A DNA stretch of 64,000 bases, from assembly GCF_001194135.2 (NCBI RefSeq), contig NC_068981.1:102462293-102526292 (forward strand), written 5' to 3'. Shown in pieces: positions 63,732-64,000 of this stretch (positions within the stretch are counted from its first letter, which is position 1; every line of letters starts with the position of its first letter). This DNA comes from Octopus bimaculoides (Eukaryota). The notes under the pieces were generated by a model. That model was not told the DNA's origin. It did no database searches and worked only from the letters and a program-made list of their open reading frames with translations. A program made the translations under genes and the position numbers.

Positions 63732-64000
63732 CTAGAAAGTGTAGCTGCTAGAATAAGAATAGCCTGGGCAAAGTTTAGAGAGCTCTTACCTCTGCTGGCG
63801 ACAAAGGGACTCTCACTCAGAGTAAAAGGCAGACTGTATGACGCATGTGTACGAACAGCCATGCTACATGGCAGTGAAACATGGGCTGTGACTGCTGAGG
63901 ACATGTGTAAGCTCGCAAGGAATGAAGCCAGTATGCTCCGCTGGATGTGTAATGTCAATGTGCACACCTGTCAGAGTGTAAGTATCTTGAGAGAAAAGCT
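63732..64000 (+). mobile_element. RTE-clade LINE ORF fragment (post-RT region), open frame running off the window
   Basis: LESVAARIRIAWAKFRELLPLLATKGLSLRVKGRLYDACVRTAMLHGSETWAVTAEDMCKLARNEASMLRWMCNV. Confidence 0.9.

Overview
Repeat-saturated, gap-rich eukaryotic scaffold. The SINE/LINE repertoire and dense (TA)n/(CA)n/(AAT)n/(GAT)n microsatellites point to an octopus (coleoid cephalopod) short-read assembly; this is an inference. No intact host protein-coding gene can be supported. Almost all listed ORFs are microsatellite- or N-gap artefacts, and the protein-like ones are transposon relics: Penelope GIY-YIG, FLYWCH-MULE, several Tc1/mariner, hAT, R4/Dong-type RLE LINE and RTE LINE. Three tRNA-derived SINE families and many RTE 3' ends are interspersed. 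One CpG-rich promoter-like segment (E2F, CCAAT, paired E-boxes) abuts a gap at 36.0-36.26 kb. The most interesting signal is a set of type I minimal hammerhead ribozyme motifs in several unrelated non-coding repeats. These include a near-canonical one at 40352-40396 and one in the tail of a tRNA-headed SINE. There is also a family of ~1 kb non-coding elements with terminal direct repeats and Penelope-like architecture (retrozyme-like) sitting in (TA)n tracts. The window also holds many long inverted repeats, including a telomeric-repeat palindrome and an ~830 bp foldback.
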